Positions 10,177 to 21,519 of a stretch of 64,000 nt of DNA are shown here, in pieces. Numbering within the stretch: the first letter of the stretch is position 1; each line of letters begins with the position of its first letter. The stretch covers positions 26,904 to 90,903 of the forward strand of contig JAJTDW010000003.1 in NCBI GenBank assembly GCA_021298175.1, read 5' to 3'. The stretch comes from Pseudomonadota bacterium (GTDB lineage Bacteria > Pseudomonadota > Gammaproteobacteria > Burkholderiales > UBA11063). The notes beneath the pieces were generated by a model. It did not search any database and was not told the origin of the DNA. It saw only the letters and a program-made list of their open reading frames with translations. The position numbers and the translations under genes were made by a program.

Positions 10177-11595
10177 ATGATAATTCAACAGAAACAACCT
10201 AAAGGATTTCCTATATTTTTTCTAACAGAAATGTGGGAAAGATATGGATTTTATGTTATCCAAACATTACTAATATTCTATCTAACTGATAACCTACACC
10301 TAGATGATAAATCTGCCTATGTTACTGTTGGTTCTTTTACTGCATTAGCTTACATCAATAGTGTTTTTGGTGGTGCGATTGCTGATAAATTCATAGGAAG
10401 TAGCAAGGGGGTTTTGATAGGTGGGTTATTACTAAGTATAGGATACTGTTTATTAAGCATTCATATAAATACATTTTTTTTGAATCTCGCATTAGCTGTA
10501 ATTACTGTTGGCACTGGTTTATTAAAACCCAACGCCTCTAGCCTATTGAGCATTCTATACCCTCACAAGGATTCACGCAAAGAAGCTGGATACACTCTTT
10601 ATTATGTCGGGATATATGCAGGTGCTATCAGTGGAAGTTTACTTGGTGGATATTTACAAAAAACTTTCGGATGGTCTATAGCATTTTATTCTGCATCCTT
10701 AGGTGGCATAATTTCTGTGTTAACATTTGCATTTGGGATTTGTAAATTTAAATTAGTTGACAAGCGTAAAGCACACCCTACCGCTAAAGACTATCTTGCA
10801 ACTCTAGTTAGCATTGTGGCTTTGATTATAACCTCATATTTTGTATTACACTCAGAATTTTTATCATTAATTTATTTTATTATAATTGCCATATTTTGTT
10901 TATCCTTTTTATTATATTGTATAGCTAAGCATCATGGAGCACAAAAAAATCGACTGATTGCATTTCTAATTTTAATGATTATTTCAGTGGGCTACTGGGG
11001 AATATACTTTCAACAATTTTTCTCAATAAGTTTATGCATAGCTAGAGTTGGGAACTCTTCTGCACCAGCAAGCATATTTTCAGCTATCGAATCATTTGGC
11101 GTTATTATATTTGGACCATTAATTAATTTAGCCTGGAACTATTGGCAATTTAAGGGGAAAAAAGTATCGATTCCAACTAAATTTAGCTTTGGCTTCTTAT
11201 TCAACGCCTTCGGATTTTTGATTATTGCTATAGGATTATGGTATGCTAACATACACTCAACCTATCTAAATACATTTGTAATCGTAGCTTCTTATCTCAT
11301 TATTGCAATTGGCGAATTAAGTCTATCGCCAACTAGTCTTTCGATGGTAACATCACTAGTGCCAGAGAATTTATCTTCAATTATGATGGGCATTTCGCTA
11401 CTGTCTATTGGATTTGGTGGAAAAGTAGCTGGCCTACTAGCTAATGATGCTATAATAAACACTATCAAGACTTCATTAAATGATACTAAAAATATTTATA
11501 TGCATTCATTCTTAAACTATTTTGTAATAAGTCTTATAATATTTATCATAACTATTTGCTTAACTAAATATCTTCGTAAATTAATTTCACTATAA
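10177..11595 (+). CDS. Proton-dependent oligopeptide transporter (POT/PTR family)
   Basis: ExxER motif EMWERYGFY; GTGLLKPN; 12+ hydrophobic segments. Confidence 0.9.
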   Translation: MIIQQKQPKGFPIFFLTEMWERYGFYVIQTLLIFYLTDNLHLDDKSAYVTVGSFTALAYINSVFGGAIADKFIGSSKGVLIGGLLLSIGYCLLSIHINTFFLNLALAVITVGTGLLKPNASSLLSILYPHKDSRKEAGYTLYYVGIYAGAISGSLLGGYLQKTFGWSIAFYSASLGGIISVLTFAFGICKFKLVDKRKAHPTAKDYLATLVSIVALIITSYFVLHSEFLSLIYFIIIAIFCLSFLLYCIAKHHGAQKNRLIAFLILMIISVGYWGIYFQQFFSISLCIARVGNSSAPASIFSAIESFGVIIFGPLINLAWNYWQFKGKKVSIPTKFSFGFLFNAFGFLIIAIGLWYANIHSTYLNTFVIVASYLIIAIGELSLSPTSLSMVTSLVPENLSSIMMGISLLSIGFGGKVAGLLANDAIINTIKTSLNDTKNIYMHSFLNYFVISLIIFIITICLTKYLRKLISL

Positions 11596-11608
11596 ATGGA
11601 TATCATAC

Positions 11609-11830
11609 ATGACAAATAACCCAAAAAATTTTGAGCAAGCAATTGAGGAACTAGAAATAATCGTAAGTCAGATTGAAAATAATGATATTGCTCTTGATGC
11701 TGCATTAGAAAAATATCAACAAGGTATAGCTCTAATTAAATTGTGCCAAACAAAGCTCACAGAAGCAGAACAACAAATTAAAATCCTTGATCCAGAAAGT
11801 AATACACTAAAGGATTTGCAACTTAAATGA
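11609..11830 (+). CDS. xseB: Exodeoxyribonuclease VII small subunit
   Basis: FEQAIEELE.IV..IE...L...L..YQQG; xseB-ispA-dxs order. Confidence 0.93.
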   Translation: MTNNPKNFEQAIEELEIIVSQIENNDIALDAALEKYQQGIALIKLCQTKLTEAEQQIKILDPESNTLKDLQLK

Positions 11831-12711
11831 CACATGAAGTTCTGCAAAAAAAATTAGTAACTGCGATTGAAAAAAAATTAGCGGATTTGATTGCAAATCA
11901 GCCACAATTGTCTTTATTATTATCTGAAGCTATGCACTACTCCTGTCTAAATGGTGGTAAAAGAATACGCCCACTATTAACAATTGCAACTGGCATGATG
12001 TATAATATCCCTGAAGAAATCTCAGTTTCTGTAGGTTGTGCAATAGAACTAATACACTGTTACTCTTTAATTCATGATGATTTACCAGCGATGGATAATG
12101 ATGATTTGCGTCGTGGTAAACCAACATGTCATAAAAAGTACAATGAAGCCATTGCTATTTTAGCTGGAGATGCACTGCAAAGCCTAGCTTTTGAAACACT
12201 AAGCAGCACAGATCTAAACATAACACAAACTGCAAAATTAAAAATTATTAATCAACTGGCTAAATCCTCAGGTTTAAGTGGCATGGCTGGTGGTCAAGCC
12301 CTTGACTTAATTAATACAGGACTTGCAATTACACAACAACAATTGCAGCAAATGCATATCATGAAAACTGGAGCTTTAATAAATACCTCGATTATTTCTG
12401 GTTATTTAGCCAATAATAGCTTTGATATTACTCTTTACCAAAAGTTGTCAGATACGGCAACTAAATTAGGACTCCTATTCCAAGTAATTGACGATATTAT
12501 TGATATTACAAGCAACACCCAAATATTAGGCAAAACAGCACACAAAGATCTAGATAATAATAAAGCTACTTATGTAACAATACTTGGAATAGAAAAATCT
12601 AACCAATACGCCAATATGCTATATTCTGAAATTAAAAATAGTTTAACTAAATATACAAATGCAGATTTTTTACTATATTTAATTGATTTAATATACTTTA
12701 GAAATAAATAA
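11827..12711 (+). CDS. ispA: Farnesyl diphosphate synthase
   Basis: [33 protein letters not shown]. Confidence 0.95.
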   Translation: MTHEVLQKKLVTAIEKKLADLIANQPQLSLLLSEAMHYSCLNGGKRIRPLLTIATGMMYNIPEEISVSVGCAIELIHCYSLIHDDLPAMDNDDLRRGKPTCHKKYNEAIAILAGDALQSLAFETLSSTDLNITQTAKLKIINQLAKSSGLSGMAGGQALDLINTGLAITQQQLQQMHIMKTGALINTSIISGYLANNSFDITLYQKLSDTATKLGLLFQVIDDIIDITSNTQILGKTAHKDLDNNKATYVTILGIEKSNQYANMLYSEIKNSLTKYTNADFLLYLIDLIYFRNK

Positions 12712-12730
12712 TTCTTTTAAGAATAAAAAT

Positions 12731-14581
12731 ATGACTCAATACCCACTATTAGAACAAATAAACTCTCCTTATGACCTAAGAACCTTAGATAAGTCACAAC
12801 TTTATCCATTATCTAGAGAATTACGCGAATTTATTTTAGATAAGGTAAGCCAAACTGGTGGGCATTTAGCATCAAACTTAGGTAGTATAGAGCTCACCCT
12901 AGCAGTGCATTATGTATATAATACCCCAGATGATTTGATTGTATGGGATGTTGGGCACCAATCTTATTCACATAAAATCATTACTGGAAGACGAGAACAA
13001 ATGCCAACTCTACGTCAATTAGGTGGATTAGCAGGATTCCCCAAACGTGAAGAAAGTAAATATGACACTTTTGGGGTAGGACACTCTTCTACTTCAATAT
13101 CTGCAGCACTTGGCATGTCAATTGCCAATAAGCAGCTAGGAAAATCCAATAAAGCTATTGCTATAATTGGAGATGGCTCTATGACTGCTGGACTAGCTTT
13201 TGAAGGGCTAAATAATGCTGGATGGCTAGACTCTGATTTATTAGTAATTTTAAATGATAATGAAATGTCCATCTCTGAGAACGTTGGAGCAATAAGCCAA
13301 TACTTGTCTAAAATTCTTACTAGCCGCTTTTATAATACTGTTAAAGAAACTGCTAATAAAGCTTTTAGCTTAGTGCCAACAATGCAAAAGATTGCACATA
13401 AAGTTGAAGAACATGTAAAAGGCTTGATTATGCCAAGCACTATGTTTGAAGAGTTTGGGTTTAATTATATTGGCCCAATTGATGGTCATGATTTAGATGA
13501 GTTAGTAGGCACTTTAGAACAAATAAAAAAATTATCTGGTCCACAATTTCTACATATTGTCACTAAAAAAGGTCAAGGATATAAACTTGCAGAAAATAAC
13601 CCCATTGGTTATCATGGAGTTACCAAATTTAACCGAGCCGAAGGCATGGCAGAAAGCAAACCCAGTAAAAAATTATCCTATACCCAGGTCTTTGGTCAAT
13701 GGTTATGCGATATAGCAGAAACTGAGGCGGATTTTTTAGCTATAACGCCAGCTATGCGCGAAGGTTCTGGCATGGTTGAATTTGCCAAAAAATACCCAGA
13801 AAAGTTTTTTGATGTAGGTATAGCAGAACAACACGCAGTAACCTTTGCCGCAGGAGTGGCAACACAGGGTGTAAAACCCATAGTTGCAATATACTCTACT
13901 TTCTTACAGCGGGGGTATGATCAACTTATTCATGATGTAGCATTACAAGACCTGCCAGTAATGTTCGCTATAGATAGAGCTGGAATAACTGGAGCAGACG
14001 GGCCAACACATATTGGATCATTTGATCTGTCATATCTAAACTGTATCCCAAATATGATTATTATGACACCATCTAATGAAAATGAATGCTATCAAATGTT
14101 ATGGACAGCCTATAAAACAAATAAACCAACGGCTGTACGTTATCCAAGAGGATCGGGAACTGGTGAACCAATCGAGAAAAAAATGACTATTTTACCTTGT
14201 GGTAAAGGTGAAATAGTTAAACAAGGTAAAGATATTGCTATATTAGCTTTTGGAACCCTACTACATCCAGCATTAGATGCTGCAGCAGAAATTAATGCTA
14301 CCGTATGTAATATGCGCTTTGTAAAACCATTAGATATTGAATTAATCAAAGCGATATATTCGACTCATAAAATAATAGTTACTATTGAAGAAAATGTAGT
14401 AATTGGTGGTGCAGGTAGTGTATGTACTCAAGCAGCACAGCAATTAGGATTTAATAATAAGATACTTAACTTAGGGATTAAAGATGAGTTTATTGAACAT
14501 GGAGACCCACAAAAATTACTACATTTATGTGGCTTAGATAAAGAAGGTATTTTAAAATCAATTCAACAATTTCTTAATTAG
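12731..14581 (+). CDS. dxs: 1-deoxy-D-xylulose-5-phosphate synthase
   Basis: [34 protein letters not shown]. Confidence 0.98.
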   Translation: MTQYPLLEQINSPYDLRTLDKSQLYPLSRELREFILDKVSQTGGHLASNLGSIELTLAVHYVYNTPDDLIVWDVGHQSYSHKIITGRREQMPTLRQLGGLAGFPKREESKYDTFGVGHSSTSISAALGMSIANKQLGKSNKAIAIIGDGSMTAGLAFEGLNNAGWLDSDLLVILNDNEMSISENVGAISQYLSKILTSRFYNTVKETANKAFSLVPTMQKIAHKVEEHVKGLIMPSTMFEEFGFNYIGPIDGHDLDELVGTLEQIKKLSGPQFLHIVTKKGQGYKLAENNPIGYHGVTKFNRAEGMAESKPSKKLSYTQVFGQWLCDIAETEADFLAITPAMREGSGMVEFAKKYPEKFFDVGIAEQHAVTFAAGVATQGVKPIVAIYSTFLQRGYDQLIHDVALQDLPVMFAIDRAGITGADGPTHIGSFDLSYLNCIPNMIIMTPSNENECYQMLWTAYKTNKPTAVRYPRGSGTGEPIEKKMTILPCGKGEIVKQGKDIAILAFGTLLHPALDAAAEINATVCNMRFVKPLDIELIKAIYSTHKIIVTIEENVVIGGAGSVCTQAAQQLGFNNKILNLGIKDEFIEHGDPQKLLHLCGLDKEGILKSIQQFLN

Positions 14582-14589
14582 GATATATT

Positions 14590-15255
14590 ATGTTCAACCA
14601 AGATCAAATGAAGCAAATAGCTGGAGAAGCAGCTATAAAATATATAAAACAAGACATGGTTATCGGAGTTGGCACTGGAAGTACCGTAAAATACTTCATT
14701 GATAAATTATCTACTATGCGTAATGATATAAAAGGCGTAGTATCTAGCTCTTTACAATCTACAGAATTATTAAAAACATATAATATTCCAGTGCTTGACC
14801 TAAATAGTGTTGGACAAGTTGATATATACATTGATGGTGCGGATGAAATTAATCATTATCTAGAAATGATTAAGGGCGGCGGCGGTGCACTCACAAAAGA
14901 AAAAATTATTACCGCATGTAGCAAAAAATTTATTTGTATTGCTGATGAATCAAAATATGTTCCTAAATTAGGAACCTTTCCGTTACCTATTGAGGTCATT
15001 CCTATGGCACGTAGCTATGTTGCTCGCGAAATTTTAAAACTAGGCGGTACTCCAGATTGGCGTAGCGGTGTTCTAACAGAAAATGGCAACTATATTTTGG
15101 ATATTCATCATTTGGATATCCAAAAACCAATTGAACTAGAAGAAAAAATAAACAATATTGTTGGCGTAGTTACTAATGGTTTATTTGCAAAACGATCAGC
15201 AGATATATTAATACTTGGCAAAAAAAATAGGCAAATCGAAATCATAAATAGATAA
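14590..15255 (+). CDS. rpiA: Ribose-5-phosphate isomerase A
   Basis: [25 protein letters not shown]. Confidence 0.97.
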   Translation: MFNQDQMKQIAGEAAIKYIKQDMVIGVGTGSTVKYFIDKLSTMRNDIKGVVSSSLQSTELLKTYNIPVLDLNSVGQVDIYIDGADEINHYLEMIKGGGGALTKEKIITACSKKFICIADESKYVPKLGTFPLPIEVIPMARSYVAREILKLGGTPDWRSGVLTENGNYILDIHHLDIQKPIELEEKINNIVGVVTNGLFAKRSADILILGKKNRQIEIINR

Positions 15256-15263
15256 GGTTTATA

Positions 15264-16763
15264 ATGACACATAAAAATTTCCTAGCTACAGTTGATCTTG
15301 GATCAAATAGTTTTCGGTTGTTAATTGCTAAAGTTACAGATAATGATACGATACACCCTATAGACCAAATTAAAGAAACCGTAAGATTAGCAGCTGGGCT
15401 AGACCACAATCATATTCTAACGACAGAATCACAAGAAATTGCACTGCTTGCTCTATCTAAGTTCAAAGAGCGTCTATCAGGTTTTAATAAAAATCAAGTT
15501 AGAGTTGTAGCAACTAGTACATTACGCGTTGCTAAAAACTCAGCGGAATTTATTGCTAAGGCTAATAATGTATTAGGGTTTAATATTGAGGTAATCTCTG
15601 GAACTGAGGAAGCTCGCTTAATCTATATTGGGGCGATGCATTCTATTGCTTATAGCCAGGAAAAGCGCCTAATTATTGACATTGGTGGTGGGTCTACTGA
15701 ATTTATTATTGGCAGCGGATATGATCCACAAATAATGGAAAGCGTAACCATTGGCTGTGTCTCATTTAGTAACCGTTTTTTTGTCAATGGTGAATTATCT
15801 GATAATAACTTTAATAATGCAATCCTTGCAGCCAGAAGTAAGATTCAAGCAATGGAGCATTTATTTGCAAAACACGATTGGATTGAAGCCATTGGTACAT
15901 CTGGTACAGCTAAATCTCTATATGAACTATGTATAAGCCATGGTTATGCAGATAAAATAACTCTAGAGGGGCTATATAAATTAAAAAAACAGTTTATAAA
16001 ATATAAAAATACGAGCAAGCTTGATATTAGTGGATTAAAAGAAGACAGGCGTCCAGTAATCGTTGGTGGAGCGGCAATCTTAATTGCAATTATGGAAGAA
16101 CTACATATTTCTGAAATGACTATTGCTGATGGTGCATTACGTGAAGGTGTAATGTATGATTTACTAGGCAGAAAATCAGAAAATGATCTACGCACATCTA
16201 CTGTATTAACTTTAAAAGATTTTTATAGTATTGATCTAACTCAAGCACAAAATGTATCTGTAGCGACCCTTCAGATGTATATTAATTTAATGGGTCAGAC
16301 AAAGGCTGATTCAGAATTTCTAAAGTTATTACAATGGGCCTCTGAATTATATGAGGTTGGGCTATGTATTTCACATAATGACTATCATAAACATGGCTCA
16401 TATATACTGGATAACTCTGATTTAGCTGGATTTTCTAAGCCAGAACAAAGCATACTAGCTGATTTAGTTAGAACACATCGTGGAAATTTACTTAAGGCAT
16501 TAGAGAGCCTACAATCGCGCCGTAAAATTAAATTAAAATTTCTATATATGGTTCTTGCATTTAGATTATCGGTGATCTTTAATCGTAATCGTCAAGGGTT
16601 TAATAGCTCAATTATTACTATTATATCTAACTCCAAATCTAGTTTTTATATTTCAATTAATAGTGAATGGTTAAAAACCAATACTTTAACCCTTTACTCT
16701 TTAAATGAAGAAATTGAGCAATGGAATAAATGCGGCATTACTATTAATTTAATCCCCCAGTAA
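15264..16763 (+). CDS. ppx: Exopolyphosphatase (Ppx/GppA family)
   Basis: VDLGSNSFRL, EEARLIY, DIGGGSTE, ALREG. Confidence 0.9.
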   Translation: MTHKNFLATVDLGSNSFRLLIAKVTDNDTIHPIDQIKETVRLAAGLDHNHILTTESQEIALLALSKFKERLSGFNKNQVRVVATSTLRVAKNSAEFIAKANNVLGFNIEVISGTEEARLIYIGAMHSIAYSQEKRLIIDIGGGSTEFIIGSGYDPQIMESVTIGCVSFSNRFFVNGELSDNNFNNAILAARSKIQAMEHLFAKHDWIEAIGTSGTAKSLYELCISHGYADKITLEGLYKLKKQFIKYKNTSKLDISGLKEDRRPVIVGGAAILIAIMEELHISEMTIADGALREGVMYDLLGRKSENDLRTSTVLTLKDFYSIDLTQAQNVSVATLQMYINLMGQTKADSEFLKLLQWASELYEVGLCISHNDYHKHGSYILDNSDLAGFSKPEQSILADLVRTHRGNLLKALESLQSRRKIKLKFLYMVLAFRLSVIFNRNRQGFNSSIITIISNSKSSFYISINSEWLKTNTLTLYSLNEEIEQWNKCGITINLIPQ

Positions 16764-16769
16764 TAGTAA

Positions 16770-18119
16770 ATGTTAAGTAAAAAAGTAAAATTCTTAGACC
16801 CTGTATTGATTTTTAATCAAGTATCCGAACTATTTGGCACCATTTTTCTTGATAGCAACATGACTCATGAGCATTATGCTAGGTACAGCTTTATTGCTAT
16901 TAATCCAATTCATTTGTTTTGTGCTGATAATAAAATTTCCTTAGAGTCTCAATTACTAATATGGCAAGCATTATTTGATAATAATAAACAACCTTATGAT
17001 ATTAAATTGCCCCCATTTACTGGAGGATTAGCTGGTTTTATTAGTTATGATTTAGCACATCAAATTGAATTTATCTCTAATAATAAGAGCCAAGTTGTAG
17101 CAGATTATAATTTAGGACTGTATAGTCAGGTTTTTGCATTTGATTTATATAAAAAAGAATGCTATATCATTGTTAACCCTGTTGCTGGGTATGATTTAGA
17201 TTATAAAAAACAATTTACTGATTTATGTAATATATATAATAATGCTTATATATTACAAAACATTCCCCAAAATATAAATAATATTGAATTACCATCTGTA
17301 AATTTTAAATCTAATTTTGACTCGGAAGAATATACAGTAGCTACCCAAAAAGCTATTAATTACATCAAAGAGGGTGATATTTTCGAAGTTAATTTAGCAC
17401 AATGCTTTAAGGCTACGGTAGCTAAGAATTTTCCAAGTGCCATATTGTATAATAAACTCCGGCAAATTAACTCTGCCCCATTTTCCGCTTATCTAAATTT
17501 CACACCTCTAGTGATAATGTCTGCATCGCCAGAAAGATTTATCTCCATCAGAGAAAAACATGTTGAGACTCGCCCTATAAAAGGCACAATTAAACGAAGC
17601 CTAGATAAAACAGAAGATTTACAATTAACTCAAAACCTAAAAAATAGTGATAAAGACCATGCCGAAAACATAATGATTGTAGATTTAATGCGTAATGATT
17701 TATCTAAAATATGTAAACCATGTAGTGTAACCGTCTCTCAACTCTGTGAAGTAGAATCATTTACTAATATCCACCATTTGGTATCGGTAATTAATGGCAC
17801 ATTAAAAGATGATGCTTCTATTTTTGATATAATCCCAGCATGTTTTCCTGGAGGGTCAATTACTGGAGCTCCTAAGATTAGAGCGATGCAAATTATTGAT
17901 GAACTGGAGCCAGATAAACGCGGAGTTTATTGTGGCAGTATTGGATATTTTGGATTTAATAGTAATGTGGATTTATCTATTACGATTAGAACACTCATTA
18001 AAAATAATAATAATTTACGCTTCTACGTTGGTGGAGCTATAACTCTGGACTCTGACCCAGAAAAAGAATACCTAGAAACAATATTAAAAGGTCAAAAAAT
18101 TACTGAGGTATTTATATGA
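16770..18119 (+). CDS. pabB: Aminodeoxychorismate synthase component I
   Basis: SASPERF, PIKGT (PabB type rather than TrpE PIAGT), AENIMIVDLMRND, FPGGSITGAPK. Confidence 0.85.
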   Translation: MLSKKVKFLDPVLIFNQVSELFGTIFLDSNMTHEHYARYSFIAINPIHLFCADNKISLESQLLIWQALFDNNKQPYDIKLPPFTGGLAGFISYDLAHQIEFISNNKSQVVADYNLGLYSQVFAFDLYKKECYIIVNPVAGYDLDYKKQFTDLCNIYNNAYILQNIPQNINNIELPSVNFKSNFDSEEYTVATQKAINYIKEGDIFEVNLAQCFKATVAKNFPSAILYNKLRQINSAPFSAYLNFTPLVIMSASPERFISIREKHVETRPIKGTIKRSLDKTEDLQLTQNLKNSDKDHAENIMIVDLMRNDLSKICKPCSVTVSQLCEVESFTNIHHLVSVINGTLKDDASIFDIIPACFPGGSITGAPKIRAMQIIDELEPDKRGVYCGSIGYFGFNSNVDLSITIRTLIKNNNNLRFYVGGAITLDSDPEKEYLETILKGQKITEVFI

Positions 18120-18679
18120 TTCTAGTTATTGATAATTTTGATTCCTTTGTGTATAATTTAGCCAGATATGTAGAAACCACTGGTCATCCTACTTACGTGG
18201 TAAGAAATAACTCAATCACCTTAGAAGAGATTGCACAACTATCCCCAAGCCATATTATAATCTCACCAGGACCAGGTACTCCAGCAGATGCTGGAATATC
18301 ACTAGATCTCGTAAGTAAATTTTATAAAGCTATCCCTATTCTTGGTGTATGCCTTGGGCATCAAGTTATCGGGCAAGCATTCAATGCTCATATTACTTAT
18401 GCAAAGCATCCAATGCATGGTAAAACAAGTTGTATCACCCATCAAGGCAACGGAATATTTACTAATATCCCACAAACTATAAAAGTAACCCGCTATCATT
18501 CACTCATTGTAGAAAATATAACCGCAGAATCAGAATTGATAGTAACTGCAACTACCTTAGATAATGAGATAATGGCACTACAACACAAAGCATATCCCGT
18601 ATTTGGCGTGCAGTTTCACCCAGAAGCAATACTAACAGAGTATGGTATGGAAATAATCCGTAATTTTGTGAGTAAATAA
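18116..18679 (+). CDS. pabA: Glutamine amidotransferase (PabA/TrpG family)
   Basis: IDNFDSF, SPGPG, GVCLGHQ, QFHPE; overlaps the pabB stop. Confidence 0.82.
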   Translation: MILVIDNFDSFVYNLARYVETTGHPTYVVRNNSITLEEIAQLSPSHIIISPGPGTPADAGISLDLVSKFYKAIPILGVCLGHQVIGQAFNAHITYAKHPMHGKTSCITHQGNGIFTNIPQTIKVTRYHSLIVENITAESELIVTATTLDNEIMALQHKAYPVFGVQFHPEAILTEYGMEIIRNFVSK

Positions 18680-18866
18680 TTTGATTGTTGTATCATTTAA
18701 TAAAGTCACAATCTTTTTGTAATTATTTAAGGGTTATTTATATTGCAAAATATAGTAAAATAACATTCGTTACTTTAAACTCTTAGCGCTGATTTTGGTA
18801 TCATTCTGCTTACTACCACATGATATGCACAGAATCAAATCCAATTATTGCGGTTACAACCCATAT

Positions 18867-19748
18867 TTAATAAATGTGCTCTTTAATTGCATGCAAACAC
18901 TCCAAAATATGAGGACATTTAAACCTAAATCCATGAGAAATTAGCCGTTGTGGGGTAGCCTGATTACCATTTAATAATAGCTCTTCACCCATTTGCCCCC
19001 ATAATAATTTAACCACACCTGCTGGCATTTTCATAAATGTAGGTCTATGCCAAACTTGACCAATATCTTTCGTTAATTGTGCATTATTAATTTGTTCTGG
19101 TGCTGTCAAATTAAATATGCCACCATATTCTTTATCAATAATCAAATCTAAAGACCCTAATAAATCATCCAAAACAATCCAAGAAAATCCTTGTAATCCA
19201 TTACCGATCTGCCCACCTAATCCAAATAAAAACGGAGGCAACATTTTACTCATGGCTCCACCTTTGCTACTTAATACAACACCAAATCTAGTAATTGTCG
19301 TTAATCCATGGTAACCTAATGCTGCTTGTTCCCATTTTTTAGTTAATTTCTGAGAAAAATTCTTGTAATTATTATAATCAATTGTAGTATCTTCATTATT
19401 AACTGTATTAAAATCATATATCCCAACCGCACTAGCCGATATAAGATGTGCATTGGGATTATACTGATTAAAAATCCCTACTAATAGCTCAGTAACCCCT
19501 ATTCTACTTTGTAATAAATTATTTTTACGTTCTGTAGTCCATCTACCATTTGCAATATTTGCTCCTGCTAAATTAATAATTATATCAATTGATTTAATTA
19601 AACTATCATCAGAAGCAAGTTGATCCAAAGTAATATGATTAACTTGTGGTTTATGACTGACTAAAATAAATCTATATTTATCAATAAATTTTCGGCAAAA
19701 ATTAGTAGCGATAAAGCCACTAGAACCTGTAATTAATATTGTTTTCAT
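18867..19748 (-). CDS. TIGR01777 family epimerase/oxidoreductase (YfcH-like)
   Basis: ITGSSGFIA, INLAGANI...RWT, SASAVGIY, RFGVVL. Confidence 0.88.
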   Translation of the reverse strand: MKTILITGSSGFIATNFCRKFIDKYRFILVSHKPQVNHITLDQLASDDSLIKSIDIIINLAGANIANGRWTTERKNNLLQSRIGVTELLVGIFNQYNPNAHLISASAVGIYDFNTVNNEDTTIDYNNYKNFSQKLTKKWEQAALGYHGLTTITRFGVVLSSKGGAMSKMLPPFLFGLGGQIGNGLQGFSWIVLDDLLGSLDLIIDKEYGGIFNLTAPEQINNAQLTKDIGQVWHRPTFMKMPAGVVKLLWGQMGEELLLNGNQATPQRLISHGFRFKCPHILECLHAIKEHIY

Positions 19749-19838
19749 ATTATACCAATTCTTATTTAATTATTCAAAAAATTTAGGCTAAATATACAAA
19801 TTGCTTACAATTTTCTGAAAACACCTGTATAGACTAAC

Positions 19839-19949
19839 TTAAAAACATATGCCACTTTCTTCATATATCTTCAGTGAATGGTTTTTCTCTTTAAATTCTA
19901 AGCGGTATCCCTCTTCCATTTGAATTCGTGTTTCAATCTTACTTAGCAT
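19839..19949 (-). pseudogene. Possible N-terminal remnant of an AlbA_2/Schlafen-like DNA-binding protein
   Basis: 36-aa ORF MLSKIETRIQMEEGYRLEFKEKNHSLKIYEESGICF; EGYRLEFKE resembles the E...LEFK start of AlbA_2 domains. Confidence 0.35.
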
Positions 19950-20156
19950 TAATTATCTCTATTATAAGCATTAGCTCTACATCAGATAATGCAGACATAG
20001 CAATATTGTAACATATTGGGTGAATATATTATTATTTATTCAGCTTCATCAATGTATTACCTTTATCATTTTCATTAAATTTAGCATAAAACTGCGCATA
20101 TCAATATTTATTTATCGAATAACGATAATGTTAAATTATAATAACATGAGACGACT

Positions 20157-21023
20157 CTAATTTCTTTTAGATATATCCAATATCTTAGGTATGATTAATG
20201 CCGCTGTAATCACAGTGCAAATTAAAACATTTATGAATATAATATCTTTATAAATAATTGCATAAAAAAGATATGTAATTGGGGGAGCAAAGCAAAAAAG
20301 CACTGAGGCAACTCCTGGTCCTAATTTTTGCAATGCCTGCTGACTAAAAAAAATTGGTAGCACCATGGAAGATAAGCTAAGCATAATTAACTCAAGATAT
20401 TTATCGCCTATTACTAGAAATGTTGATTTGGGTAAGAAAAATACTGAACCTATAAATAATGCCCAAAATCTTAAAGATAATATTTGAATTGAGCTGATAT
20501 TGGTTTTAGAAGTTAATTCTGTGGATAATATAATATAAAAATAAAAGGATACACCAGCAAGGAATCCAAAAGCAACCCCCAGTAATGCATTCTTATAATT
20601 ACCTGAATTATAAAAGCAAGCCATAAGCAGCAAACTTAGAATCAATAGAAAAATGCTAAAAATGTTAGATTTTTTGTGGTTAGCTTTAAATAAATTAATA
20701 AACCCTAGAATTGCTAATGCCACAAATAAAGAACCCATGGCAATAAAAGGGTCTGAATTAATAGAGGAGAACAACATAAACCCCCAATCTAAACCTAGAG
20801 CAATGGACATTTGGATGCAAAGCACCCAATTTGAAGAAAATATTTTGTAGGTATTTTTGAGTTTTTTGACCCCCAATAAATTAAAACAAATTATTGCAAC
20901 ACCACTCATAAAAAATAAAGATATTCCAAGGTTAATATTGCTAGATAGTTTAGTTAATAATACAAATGTTATTGATGTTATAACCACATAAAGTATTGCA
21001 TCTATATATCCATTAATACGCAT
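20157..21023 (-). CDS. DMT/EamA-like membrane transporter
   Basis: About 10 hydrophobic segments. Start taken at ATG 21023 (MRINGYIDAIL); the longer track ORF overlaps rplS. Confidence 0.7.
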   Translation of the reverse strand: MRINGYIDAILYVVITSITFVLLTKLSSNINLGISLFFMSGVAIICFNLLGVKKLKNTYKIFSSNWVLCIQMSIALGLDWGFMLFSSINSDPFIAMGSLFVALAILGFINLFKANHKKSNIFSIFLLILSLLLMACFYNSGNYKNALLGVAFGFLAGVSFYFYIILSTELTSKTNISSIQILSLRFWALFIGSVFFLPKSTFLVIGDKYLELIMLSLSSMVLPIFFSQQALQKLGPGVASVLFCFAPPITYLFYAIIYKDIIFINVLICTVITAALIIPKILDISKRN

Positions 21024-21099
21024 TATATACCGCCCTTTAAATTTATTGTATAAAAAAAGAGCAGAAATACTCTGCCCTTTTTTTACAAGAAGATTGTTA

Positions 21100-21465
21100 T
21101 TAGTCTCTTCTAATTTCAAGTTTTTCTTTAATACGTGCTGATTTTCCAGAACGGCTACGTAAGTAATACAGTTTAGCACGTCTAACCGCACCTTTACGCT
21201 TAATTTCAATGTTTTCAACTAGTGGTGAATAAGTTTGGAAAGTACGCTCAACACCTTCACCAGCAGAAATTTTACGCACAGTAAATGCAGAATTTAATCC
21301 ACGATTACGCTTTGCGATTACTACACCTTCGTAAGCTTGAAGACGCTCACGAGTACCCTCTTTTACTTTTACTTGCACAATAACAGTATCGCCAGGTGCA
21401 AAGCTAGGGATTTTTTTATTTAAACGAGCAATTTCTTCTTGCTCTAGAATTTGAATAATATTCAT
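21100..21465 (-). CDS. rplS: 50S ribosomal protein L19
   Basis: [27 protein letters not shown]. Confidence 0.98.
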   Translation of the reverse strand: MNIIQILEQEEIARLNKKIPSFAPGDTVIVQVKVKEGTRERLQAYEGVVIAKRNRGLNSAFTVRKISAGEGVERTFQTYSPLVENIEIKRKGAVRRAKLYYLRSRSGKSARIKEKLEIRRD

Positions 21466-21519
21466 ATTTATTTCCTTATCTTGTTCCTACTTATACCAGC
21501 TATATATTAATAGACCTGA

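Noticed and set aside
16770-18679. trpE/trpG assignment
   Set aside because: The PIKGT motif and the absence of trpD, trpC, trpB or trpA favour pabB/pabA.
18790-18842. Partial inverted repeat between convergent pabA and the TIGR01777 gene
   Set aside because: Arms are interrupted and weak; not supportable as a terminator or element.
21024-21218. N-terminal extension of the 353-aa DMT ORF in the track
   Set aside because: Overlaps the 3' end of rplS on the same strand in another frame; ATG 21023 gives a normal-sized DMT protein.
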